Origin: an uncultured delta proteobacterium
GTDB lineage: Bacteria > Desulfobacterota > Desulfobacteria > Desulfobacterales > QNYZ01
NCBI GenBank assembly: GCA_963845145.1
Contig: CAWJQU010000010.1
Location: 1 to 43,591, forward strand
Direction of reading: 5' to 3'
DNA: 43,591 nt
The notes under the pieces were generated by a model that did no database searches, was not told where the DNA came from, and saw only the letters and a program-made list of their open reading frames with translations. Position 1 is the first letter of the stretch; each line of letters starts with the position of its first letter. The position numbers were made by a program, and so were the translations under genes. Of the stretch, positions 29,876-43,591 are shown one piece after another.

Positions 29876-30035
29876 ATAATAAAATGCGCTGGGCGGGTAC
29901 ATGTAAGGAGTGACCGAAATATTACCTGATGGTGGTTCCATCTACGACCTGCGGTGGCGATGTAGAGCGCCTATTGTTCAAGGACGCCTAAACCAAAACG
30001 TTTCGGCAATCAATCGTATCGATTTTTGTGCTTAG

Positions 30036-30368
30036 ATGGAAAAAATAATATCTATAGAGCTATTCGGGCAAACATTTAATTTCCAGGCCGAATCCAATCC
30101 GGAAAAAGCCCAGGAAGTTGCCGATTTGCTAAAAAAAGAAGTAACTAAAGTGGAGGAAGAGCATAAAGCCGGCTCTCAGCCTGTATCACGGTTTGCGATA
30201 TTGCTATCAGCCGCACTGAATATAGCGCATGATAGTATCGACCCAAAAAAAGATTTAAGTAGTGTGTTAGAAAAAATTTCCGACAGATCAACCCATCTAT
30301 TACACAAATTGGAAGAATGGGCTCATCCAGATGATTGGGATCATAGCGAGGTGAATATTGACAAGTAA
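30036..30368 (+). CDS. zapA: Cell division protein ZapA
   Basis: IELFGQTF, AILLSAALNIA; zapA-6S-rny context. Confidence 0.85.
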   Translation: MEKIISIELFGQTFNFQAESNPEKAQEVADLLKKEVTKVEEEHKAGSQPVSRFAILLSAALNIAHDSIDPKKDLSSVLEKISDRSTHLLHKLEEWAHPDDWDHSEVNIDK

Positions 30369-30481
30369 TATCGGCATGTTGATGAAATACAGCCGATGCA
30401 GTCTGTCCCATTTCATAAGGACCGCGCCAAACGACGGTTTGATGATTAGAAAGCTTGCATTATCGTTTCAGGCATATAATT

Positions 30482-30661
30482 TACCCCTGCCGTGTTCGTG
30501 ATTGGTAGAAACGCTTTGACCCAACATCATAATAACGGGGGCTTTCCCTGGTGTTGGTGAGCATGTTCTGCTTGTACAGAAAAGCCTAAAGACACTAACA
30601 TGGCGCCCACTTTGAACGTCTGGTTCAAAGCTCTCCTGACACGGCACAATGGCAGGGGATC
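30482..30661 (+). ncRNA. ssrS: 6S RNA
   Basis: About 180 nt closed by CCCCTGCCGT / ATGGCAGGGG, with TTTGAAC..GTTCAAAG hairpin; typical position after zapA. Ends approximate. Confidence 0.88.
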
Positions 30662-30811
30662 CTTTTTCACTCCTCGTCGCGATGATTTGTCACCATAGCG
30701 CAACCTGACGATCAGGCCCTACGGGTTTGATCTTGCCTTGCCCGTCTGTCACACTCCGCAAAAAAAATAAATAAGTTTAGATTCACTTTTCGGATCCTTT
30801 GGCGGACCTTG

Positions 30812-30843
30812 ACCCGGCAACCCGGCAACCCGGCAACCCGGCA
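30812..30843. repeat. Tandem repeat (ACCCGGCA)x4
   Basis: Four perfect 8-bp copies about 105 bp upstream of the rny start. Confidence 0.95.
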
Positions 30844-30948
30844 GGGGACCGTTTGTTAGTGACAATTTTTTTCCATTCCGGGAAAATAACATATAGAAAA
30901 TCGCGATCTGCTTAAGGGAGTGGAAAGCGTTTTCATTAGGAGAAACCT

Positions 30949-32517
30949 ATGGAAATCACATTTACGCTGTGGGGGGCTGGCGTCGCCGGACTTGCCGTTG
31001 GCTTCTTGTTGGCTTACCTGGTTAAAAGTGGTGGGGCTTCGCGGAAAATTAAAGCCGCTGAAAAAGAAGCGGGATTGATAATCGATAACGCCAAGCGTCA
31101 ATCCGCCACTCAGGTCAAAGAGGCCGAGCTTGAGGTAAAAGACCGGCTGATCAAAATGAAAAATGACTTTGATGCCGAAACCAAAGATACGCGCAGGGAA
31201 TTAAATGATAAAGAAAGGCGTTTGACCAAAAAAGAAGAAAACGCGGAACGAAAATTAGACGAAATGGGCCGACGGGATCGGGAGTTGGTAAAAAAAGAGA
31301 GCCGTTTGGCTAAACTCGAAAACAAGATCAATCATATGGAGTCTCAAGCCAATAGTCTGGTTGCCGAACAAAAAAAACAACTCGAAAGAATTTCGGGCAT
31401 GACGGCCGAGCAGGCTAAGGAATTGCTGATACGGGCGATGGAAAACGAGGCACGATATGAGGGTGCCAAGTTGATTAAACAGATCGAAGCTGAGGCTAAA
31501 GCGGAAGCTGATAAAAAATCGAGAAGCATTTTGGCGACAGCTATCCAGCGCTATGCCGGGGACTATGTGATGGAAAGAACCGTCTCCGTCGTTCAGTTGC
31601 CTAGTGATGACATGAAGGGTCGCATTATTGGTCGCGAAGGTAGGAACATCAGGGCTTTGGAGGCAGCCACAGGGATTGATTTGATCATCGACGATACGCC
31701 GGAAGCGGTTATTCTGTCCGGATTCAATCCGGTCCGCCGCGAAGTGGCCCGGTTATCGTTGAAAAAGCTGATTTCGGATGGCCGTATTCATCCGGCCCGA
31801 ATCGAAGATGTGGTTAAAAAGGTTGAAAAAGATGTCGATGTGGTGATCAAGGAGGCCGGTGATCAGGCCGCATTCGATCTTGGCGTACATGAGATTCACC
31901 CTGAACTGGTTAAATTGATCGGGAGTCTTAAATTTCGAACCAGTTATTCTCAAAATGTGCTTCAGCATTCGATTGAGGTGGGCTTTCTTTGCGGTATTAT
32001 GGCCTCGGAATTGGGGTTAAATGCCAAACTGGCCCGACGTATGGGACTTTTGCATGATCTTGGGAAAGCCGTGGATCATGAAGTGGATGGTCCCCATGCG
32101 GTTATCGGCTCGAAGTTAGCAAAAAAATATCAAGAGAAGGATAATGTCGTGCAGGCCATTGCCGCGCATCATGAAGATCTCCCACCAGCCAATGTGTATG
32201 ATTTTCTGGTAATGGCGGCCGATAGCCTATCAGGTGCGCGTCCGGGTGCGCGGAAGGAATCATTGGAGAATTATGTTAAGCGGTTGGAGGAGTTGGAAAA
32301 AATCGCCAACGCTTTTAAGGGGGTTTCCAATACCTATGCCATTCAGGCCGGACGGGAGGTACGGGTGATCGTGGAGAGCAAAAAGGTCTCCGATGAGCAG
32401 GCGATTTTGCTAAGCCGGGATATTGCCAGAGAAATCGAGGCTTCGATCACTTTTCCGGGGCAGATCAAGGTAACGGTCATTCGCGAAACGAGAGCGGTTG
32501 AGTATGCGAACAAATAA
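30949..32517 (+). CDS. rny: Ribonuclease Y
   Basis: N-terminal TM, coiled coil, [25 protein letters not shown]-terminal VTVIRE. Confidence 0.98.
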   Translation: MEITFTLWGAGVAGLAVGFLLAYLVKSGGASRKIKAAEKEAGLIIDNAKRQSATQVKEAELEVKDRLIKMKNDFDAETKDTRRELNDKERRLTKKEENAERKLDEMGRRDRELVKKESRLAKLENKINHMESQANSLVAEQKKQLERISGMTAEQAKELLIRAMENEARYEGAKLIKQIEAEAKAEADKKSRSILATAIQRYAGDYVMERTVSVVQLPSDDMKGRIIGREGRNIRALEAATGIDLIIDDTPEAVILSGFNPVRREVARLSLKKLISDGRIHPARIEDVVKKVEKDVDVVIKEAGDQAAFDLGVHEIHPELVKLIGSLKFRTSYSQNVLQHSIEVGFLCGIMASELGLNAKLARRMGLLHDLGKAVDHEVDGPHAVIGSKLAKKYQEKDNVVQAIAAHHEDLPPANVYDFLVMAADSLSGARPGARKESLENYVKRLEELEKIANAFKGVSNTYAIQAGREVRVIVESKKVSDEQAILLSRDIAREIEASITFPGQIKVTVIRETRAVEYANK

Positions 32518-32609
32518 CAGGAATGGCATGTGACGTTATGAGGCATCGCTATCGCAGTGTTTTAAATCCATAACCGATTTTATAGTGAAGAAATAAGGAC
32601 TGAATCAAG

Positions 32610-33893
32610 ATGGGCGTTTTCGAGGCATTAAAGGAACGGGGGTTTATCGAACAAACCACCCATGATGAAGCGTTGCAGGATTACTTAAACCAAGGGGCGG
32701 CAACGTGTTATATCGGTTTTGATCCAACTGCTTCCAGTTTGCATGTTGGCAGCTTGGTGCCGATTATGGCCCTGGTGCATATGCAGCAAAACGGCCATCG
32801 ACCCATTGCGCTGGTCGGTGGCGGTACCGGATTGATCGGGGACCCCAGCGGGAAGACCGAAATGCGAAAAATGTTAACTTTGGCAGATATTGAGCAAAAT
32901 GTCGCCGGGTTAAGGCAGCAGTTGAGTCGGTTCCTGGATTTTAATGATAACAAGGCGATGCTGCTTAATAATGCCGAGTGGCTGGTCCCCCTATCCTATA
33001 TCCCTTTTCTACGTGATATCGGTCGGCATTTTAGCGTTAACCGAATGGTAAAGTTTGATAGTTGTCGCTTGAGAATGGAATCGGAAGAGGGGCTAAGTTT
33101 CATTGAATTTAATTATATGGTTCTGCAAGCCTATGACTTTCTGGAGTTATTCGGAATGTATGACTGCCGGCTACAAATGGGGGGGAGCGACCAATGGGGA
33201 AACATCGTGGCCGGCATTGACTTAATTCGAAGAAAAAAGCAAGGCGCTGCTTTTGGTATTACCTTTCCGCTCATCACTACCGCTGGTGGTGCCAAAATGG
33301 GTAAGACTGCTAAAGGGGCCGTATGGCTGGATGCTGAACGGACATCTCCCTATGACTACTATCAGTTCTGGCGTGATACGGACGATCGTGACGTGATTCG
33401 GTTCTTAGCCCTTTTTACATTATTGCCCATCTCTGAGATCAATGCCATGGCGGCCATATCAGATCGTGAGCTCAACTTGGCTAAGATCGTATTGGCCTAC
33501 GAGGCCACTCGCCTGGCCCATGGCCGCCAGGCGGCTCTGGATGCCCTGGGTGCCTCGGCGGGAACGTTTGGGGGGGAGCGTATACCTGACACCATTCTTC
33601 CTTCAAGCGATATTAATCGTGACCCTACGACGATTGACAACAACGAGTTACCGACGACGCCAATCGATAAAGGGACCCTGAAAACGGGTATTCCCGCATT
33701 TAAATTATTTGCCGAAATCGGACTGGCCAAGTCCAATGGGGATGCTCGCCGGTTGCTAACCCAGGGGGGCGGGTACATTAATGGAATCAGGGTTTCGGCC
33801 TTTGATGCACTTGTGACCATTTCCGATATCGATGACGGCCAGATGCTACTCCGTGCGGGGAAAAAACGCTATCATCGGATCGTCTTGAAATAA
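32610..33893 (+). CDS. tyrS: Tyrosine--tRNA ligase
   Basis: GFDPTASSLHVG, GGSDQWGN, KMGKT, S4-like C-terminus. Confidence 0.98.
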   Translation: MGVFEALKERGFIEQTTHDEALQDYLNQGAATCYIGFDPTASSLHVGSLVPIMALVHMQQNGHRPIALVGGGTGLIGDPSGKTEMRKMLTLADIEQNVAGLRQQLSRFLDFNDNKAMLLNNAEWLVPLSYIPFLRDIGRHFSVNRMVKFDSCRLRMESEEGLSFIEFNYMVLQAYDFLELFGMYDCRLQMGGSDQWGNIVAGIDLIRRKKQGAAFGITFPLITTAGGAKMGKTAKGAVWLDAERTSPYDYYQFWRDTDDRDVIRFLALFTLLPISEINAMAAISDRELNLAKIVLAYEATRLAHGRQAALDALGASAGTFGGERIPDTILPSSDINRDPTTIDNNELPTTPIDKGTLKTGIPAFKLFAEIGLAKSNGDARRLLTQGGGYINGIRVSAFDALVTISDIDDGQMLLRAGKKRYHRIVLK

Positions 33894-34124
33894 ATCAGCG
33901 GCTATTTCCGGTATCCCGACCTCTTTTCAACTTTGGCCAAGATGCAACTATTATTTTTTCATCTTGTTGAATATTCAAATTTCAATGAGCTAAATATCTA
34001 TAAATAATCAGTATATCTATTGAATACGGTTTTCGATTTCAGCCCGCTATCCACGATAAACCATTCCCCTGAAAACACTCAACCCAAGGGATTATTTTAA
34101 GGTTAAAAATAATGAAAATATCTG

Positions 34125-34354
34125 TTGACAAACATTTGGCGAGGATATAAATCCTGCTTTTCATTTGGAAGGCCAAATGATCTTGGCTTTGACAAGCAGA
34201 ACAAATAAAATATTTAAAAAATCGTTTTTTTTGCTTGACATAGAGTTCATTACAGGTTACTTTCACTTGCTTATGAGGCTGAGAAAAAAACAGCCACTCA
34301 CCAGTCGAATGATTCTCGTGAATCATTGACAAGAAGGCGGTGAGACGTTATCTT
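34125..34354 (+). promoter_or_regulatory. Tandem sigma70 rRNA promoters
   Basis: TTGACA at 34125, 34189, 34235 and 34326; the last two have TACTTT and TATCTT at 17-bp spacing. Confidence 0.7.
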
Positions 34355-34390
34355 ACATAGTGTTTTTCTGACCGTCTTTGGCGGTTGGTT

Positions 34391-34417
34391 TGATCTTTGA
34401 AAACTAAATAGTGACGC
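34391..34417 (+). promoter_or_regulatory. rrn leader boxA and 5' arm of the 16S processing stem
   Basis: TGATCTTTGAAAA boxA-like; AAACTAAATAGTGACGC is complementary to GCGTCACTATTTAGTTT near 36072. A second boxA-like TGTTCTTTGACA lies near 36547. Confidence 0.75.
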
Positions 34418-34459
34418 TCTACTTTGATCGGGTAAAAATAGTAAGACTCCAGTTCAATT

Positions 34460-36031
<1,572 letters not shown>

Positions 36032-36234
36032 CTAAGGATAGTACCCTTGTAAGAATCCGACTCAGATAAACGCGTCACTATTTAGTTTTTAGAGATCAAA
36101 CATTTTGATCTTTGATATTTCGATGCATATGAAACGGCGATGTTTCGCATCAAGATAATTTAGGTTGCCGGACATGAGTGTGTGTGGAAGACGCTGGCAA
36201 CTGAACTGCACTGTGAATGCTCTTTTCACTTCAA

Positions 36235-36312
36235 GGGCCTGTAGCTCAGTTCGGTCAGAGCGCACGCCTGATAAGCGTGAGGTCGATGGTTCAATTCCAT
36301 CCAGGCCCACCA
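36235..36312 (+). tRNA. tRNA-Ile (GAT)
   Basis: GGGCCTGTAGCTCAG...CTGATAA...TTCAATT...AGGCCCACCA in the ITS. Confidence 0.98.
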
Positions 36313-36376
36313 GTATAGGTTGTGCGTACCAGCGCGTTTCGAACGATTAAGCGTGATGTCAACAGCGTACGCCGTT

Positions 36377-36452
36377 GGGGGTGTAGCTCAGTTGGGAGAG
36401 CGCCTGCCTTGCACGCAGGAGGCCATCGGTTCGAACCCGTTCACCTCCACCA
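36377..36452 (+). tRNA. tRNA-Ala (TGC)
   Basis: GGGGGTGTAGCTCAG...TTGCAC...TTCGAAC...CACCTCCACCA. Confidence 0.98.
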
Positions 36453-36621
36453 AAGCTAAACTCTTCTCGTGTCTCTTGGTCTGAGTAGTATTTTGACCGA
36501 GCTCCTTAATTATCAAGATTCGAGTAACCGTAATACATCGAAATAGTGTTCTTTGACAATTTGAATAGTGAAAATGTTAAAAAATGAAGTACGGTTAGCA
36601 TAATTGTGCCAATTGTTTTGT

Positions 36622-39729
<3,108 letters not shown>

Positions 39730-39791
39730 TAATACAATTCGCACAATTATAACCGTATACTTCATGAACTATTCAAATTGTCTTTACAGTT

Positions 39792-39908
39792 TTCGGCGGC
39801 GATAGCGAAGAGGTCACACCCGTTCCCATCCCGAACACGGCAGTTAAGCTCTTCAGCGCCGATGGTACTGCTTGGGTGACTAAGTGGGAGAGTAGGACGC
39901 CGCCGGCA
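39792..39908 (+). rRNA. rrf: 5S rRNA
   Basis: CGGCGGCGATAGC...CACCCGTTCCCATCCCGAAC...GAGAGTAGGACGCCGCCG. Confidence 0.97.
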
Positions 39909-39914
39909 TTTTTT

Positions 39915-39949
39915 AAAAACCCGATACCTTTAAGGTATCGGGTTTTTTT
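39915..39949 (+). terminator. rrn terminator
   Basis: AAAAACCCGATACCT-tta-AGGTATCGGGTTTTTTT. Confidence 0.92.
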
Positions 39950-40469
39950 GCTTGTGCGGTTAAAATATCTCACCAATATTTCCCTTAATACGACCCCATA
40001 CTTAGACGTTATATCAAGACGGGCCCGATTGTTTTTCAGGCGACAGAAAGTATGGATGCTTTTTTTTGAGATACTTTATCGGTGTCAATAGCTTTAAAGA
40101 TCTGAACGTTGACTTTGATCATAAACGAACGCCACCGGTAGCGGGCGTTATGTTTAAATCGGGAAAGGGCGTATTTATCAGTAATATTAATTCGGCATAG
40201 CCAAGTTATGAAATTCAGAGAACAGAGGGCGTCGTTGAACTTAATATCAGGATTATTTGGGGCGATTTTTCAGATAGTTTTCAATATATCCTTTAAACAT
40301 GTGGCCGTTTGTAGTAGGCATGAAGAGAAGGCACATTTTGTATATTTATGAATTATTACAGAGAATTTAACATATCACCAATTGGATCTTATAAGTACTT
40401 TTTGCCTATTTTTGTGCTTCTTTTTGGTGCGAAACTTGAGATAATATCTTGTAATAATCCTCCTTGTGA

Positions 40470-40757
40470 GTGCGGGGAAAAATGGTGTTTATCAGTCTAA
40501 TAATTGTGAGTTTAGCGTTCATCTCTGCAATGAAATGTGCTTGGACGATTGTAGTGTATTTAGAACAAGAATCAATTATTGAGAAAAATACTCTCTTGAA
40601 ACAAGTTTCATGGAGTGCCTTTATTAAATATTACCAGATCAAGAAAGAGAAAAACGGGGGCTATGGACTAGTAGGAATAATATATATAATTTCGATTTCT
40701 ATTATTTTTATGGCAGGATCAGTCTTTTTATTTAAAAAATTCATCGAACCATTCTAA
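40470..40757 (+). CDS. Hypothetical small membrane protein (two TM helices)
   Basis: Two hydrophobic segments in an AT-rich ORF; start may be ATG 40482. Confidence 0.5.
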   Translation: MRGKMVFISLIIVSLAFISAMKCAWTIVVYLEQESIIEKNTLLKQVSWSAFIKYYQIKKEKNGGYGLVGIIYIISISIIFMAGSVFLFKKFIEPF

Positions 40758-40957
40758 AAACTATTTGCCTGGCGAACCTGTTTCCTCTCATTCCATAATC
40801 AAATAGTGTTTTATCAATCGTCCAATCCGTCTTTTGGATAGAGCCTTGGGTTTTTAAAATATATCGGATAAATGCTCTGTAGATAATGTAAGGAGACGCC
40901 CTGAATAGCGGGATCTTACGACGAGGGGCCATGACAGGCCTACCAATGACCACCATT

Positions 40958-41260
40958 TTATTTAGGCCTCAGATCATCCATAATCCAGCGCACTTGCTCA
41001 AACCGGTCATCAATGGCCGTATAAACATCTTTTTCCAATTATCCGGTGGGTTCTCCGGATTTAAGTTCGTCGTTTGATGCGGGGGGTTCCGACGATTGAT
41101 GGTTTTGTTCCGTCGGGTTATCTTTTTCATCCGGGGCTTCTTCAGTGCGTTCGTGCCGAAGTTTCTCCCGCTCTTGTTCAATATTTTTCAAAATTGAGTC
41201 AATGTTTTTAGAAATTTCATTGAGTTCGTTTTTTATTCGTGATTCGTTGGATTCAGACAT
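40958..41260 (-). CDS. Hypothetical ~100-aa protein interrupted by an in-frame TAA at 41039-41041
   Basis: The 73-aa ORF (coiled coil plus acidic linker, RBS AAGGA) continues in frame after the stop as LEKDVYTAIDDRFEQVRWIMDDLRPK. Confidence 0.5.
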
Positions 41261-41302
41261 TTAATATCCTTAGGAAACACCGGTTTTTTTGAGTCAGAAG
41301 AA

Positions 41303-41650
41303 TTACAATGGGTACACACCGCGGTCATAAATATAGTCGTAATAAAAATTCAGATATTCCCGATCGTTTGAATGCCCCATCTCGTTCGAAAGTTTTTTTC
41401 GGTCATCCCGTTCATTGAGTTTGTAATCCATCCATTTTTCTTTGGCATAATCATAAAGGATTTGCCGAATGACACTGTCAGGGCTTGTTGCAATTTCCAG
41501 ATTATTTTTAAAGAAAGCCTCAACGGCCACCAACACGGTTTTGATGTTGCGGATGTAGTCGCTATCGTCCCGGAAGTCGGATTCGAGGTCTTCAAAACTC
41601 CGATCAATTATTTCTCTGACGATACCTTCAATCGTGTCGATAGAATTCAC
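41303..41650 (-). CDS. Hypothetical acidic helical protein (115 aa)
   Basis: Protein-like composition; ends YYDYIYDRGVYPL. Confidence 0.65.
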   Translation of the reverse strand: MNSIDTIEGIVREIIDRSFEDLESDFRDDSDYIRNIKTVLVAVEAFFKNNLEIATSPDSVIRQILYDYAKEKWMDYKLNERDDRKKLSNEMGHSNDREYLNFYYDYIYDRGVYPL

Positions 41651-41926
41651 AGTACATTGTCCATTAAAGGGTTAGGTGCATTTAGGGCGCAAAGGCTATC
41701 GGTTATTTGAAAATGGCTGTGCCAAAATAGTTTGGACATATTAAATGTTGGGTCAAATTAAATAGGGACGGTGGGCTTGTCAAGGGGTACGACAGGATTG
41801 ATAAAGCCTGCATTATGATCTGTATCCGTGGCGTTTACGGAGTGGTTTTCATATGGTATTGGATTCTACCTCAAAGGCTTTTTGAACCTAGCCCATTAAA
41901 CCGTTATTTTAATCCGTTGTTTTTAA

Positions 41927-42002
41927 TGGAGCCGGCGAGCGGAATTCAACCGCTGACCTGCTGATTACGAATCAGCTGCTCTACCATCTGAGCTACGCCG
42001 GC
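41927..42002 (-). tRNA. tRNA-Thr (CGT) with atypical T-loop
   Basis: GCCGGCGTAGCTCAGATGGTAGAGCAGCTGATTCGTAATCAGCAGGTCAGCGGTTGAATTCCGCTCGCCGGCTCCA. Confidence 0.93.
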
Positions 42003-42060
42003 ATTTAAACAGCAGAAACTTGATACTTAGTAAACGTCTTAAAATCAAGAAAAAAGTGTT

Positions 42061-43591
42061 ATGAAAAAATTGTTTGACATCATCTCAGCGCGACCGGGCC
42101 GGTTGCCGTCACCGGTATTTCCGATGCAGGCCAGGCCTATTGTATATTTGAGCTTTCCCGTCGGATGAACAAACCCGTTTTTACTGTACAACCTAATTCG
42201 AAAATAGCCGAACTGCTATTGGACATTTGCGGTTTTTTGCACCTAAAGAACAAATCTTTTTTAAATTACCTGCCTACAATGTTCTCTCTTTAAATTGCTT
42301 CTTACCAGGGCAAAATTGCTGCTGACCGGATCGGCACACTCTTCCGATTCGGAAGGAACGGGGCCTCCTGATGTCACGACGATCGAAGCCTTATCGGGAC
42401 GCTTGATACCCAAACAGGTCCTTTTGGAATATGCCGAACTTTTAATGGTGGGTGAGCCATTGGATCGTGATCTGTTTGCCGAAAAATTGACTCGCGGCGG
42501 GTATACCCAATCGGTACTTGTAGAAGTGCCAGGGATTTCTGCTTCGCGGGGGTATTATTGATATTTATCCCCCGCTTTACCCAGACCCGATCCGAATCGA
42601 ATTATTTGGTGACATGGTCGATTCCATTCGATCATTTTCGGCCTTTACCCAAAGATCAAAAATATCAATGGACGAAGTGATCATTTTACCGGCCCGGGAA
42701 GCGATTATCGACAGTGCCCAAATTGATGAAATCTCTACACGATTGCGGGTGCAAGCTGCCGCACAGGGTTTGTCTGTCACCGCAAATCCGGGAAATGATC
42801 GGAAGTTTCAAATCCGAAGGGGCCCTTAACGAAATAGAGGGCTTTTTGTCTATCGTTTATTCCGCCTCTGATACCCTGTTTGATTATTTGCAGGAATCAA
42901 CGCTCATGGTTCTGGTTGAACCAGCGGAAATCACTCAAGCCGCCAGGGATCTGGCTGATCAGGTTGATAGAGGTTATGTAGCCGCTTGTGACGCGAATCA
43001 GCTATGCGTCGAATCGATTAAACTCTATTTATCCTGGGATAAAAATGGCCCGGCGGCTCTCTTCTTACCGACCAGTTATGCTGAAACGGCTATCGGTCAA
43101 TGTCGACCGCGACCAGCCGTTGTCACAGTTTGAAGTGGCCTTTAATGTCCTGGATAACGATTTGGTAAAGCGGAAATGGTCCATGCCGCGAATAACGAAG
43201 TCTTACTACAGCCTTGTCGAAGTGGCTTATAACCCAGATGTCGTCCGGGTGTGTGACGCTTGTGGTTTGTCATACCAAGGCACGTGCCGGAACCTTGGTA
43301 AAGATGCTGAAAGCTTACGATTGCATCTGCAAAGGTTGATTCCATAACGGATATATCTAAAACCGGGGGTGTCTGGGTCATGGCCGGAAATTGTCGGCGG
43401 GCTTTGTATCCCCGGAAATATCGCTGGCGGTAATTACCGAAGATGAAATTTTTGATACACGGACGATTCGCTCCAAACGCCCTGCCCAACGGCGGCAATC
43501 CCCACCTCCGGATATTTCTGATCTTAATTCAGGCGATCTCATTGTCCATATCGATCACGGTATTGGTCGCTATGAAGGTCTAGTGAAATTA
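42061..43591 (+). pseudogene. mfd: Transcription-repair coupling factor, 5' part, with many frameshifts (runs off window)
   Basis: UvrB-like fragments (KLTRGGY..., RGGIIDIYPP...PIRIELFGDMVDSIRSF) spread over different frames; ends in the RID motif DLNSGDLIVHIDHGIGRYEGL. May be an intact gene with sequencing indels. Confidence 0.85.

Noticed and set aside
29910..30368. Pyrrolysine read-through of the TAG before zapA
   Set aside because: No pyl genes in view, the upstream GTG has no properly spaced RBS, and ZapA is complete from its ATG.
30812..30843. Tandem repeat as CRISPR
   Set aside because: 8-bp units with no spacers; no cas genes or array anywhere in the window.
40095..40155. GCGGGCGTTATGT resembles the 3' end of an integron attC site
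   Set aside because: No properly placed RYYYAAC inverse core, no long paired stem, no other cassettes or integrase.

Overview
Mostly core chromosome of a sulfate-reducing deltaproteobacterium (Desulfobacterales; the 16S gene carries the Desulfosarcina/Desulfococcus-group signature). Bases 1-6240 are an AT-rich accessory block ending at the 3' end of tRNA-Phe. It holds a Cache-type sensor kinase (cut by the window edge), a sigma54 activator facing a divergent target gene with a -24/-12 promoter and paired palindromes, a damaged PilZ gene and a secreted FISUMP-like protein. The core part runs rsmE, a small acidic protein, valS, a rhomboid-DnaJ_C fusion, a DGC-GNAT-DUF2156 operon, lepA, trmJ, ndk, upp, coaE, a HAD phosphatase, a large lytic transglycosylase, ridA, atpF'F-H-A-G-D-C, an N-terminal-only GlmU, zapB-zapA-6S-rny and tyrS. 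A complete rRNA operon follows (16S-Ile-Ala-23S-5S, with an insertion in 23S helix 25), then small ORFs, tRNA-Thr and a heavily frameshifted mfd that probably reflects sequence error. Best leads: a candidate PopZ/RomR-like polar scaffold before valS, the rhomboid-chaperone-domain fusion, a possible remote DGR target, and the sigma54 module. No complete novel system can be shown from sequence alone, and all family calls come from motif recognition, not database searches.
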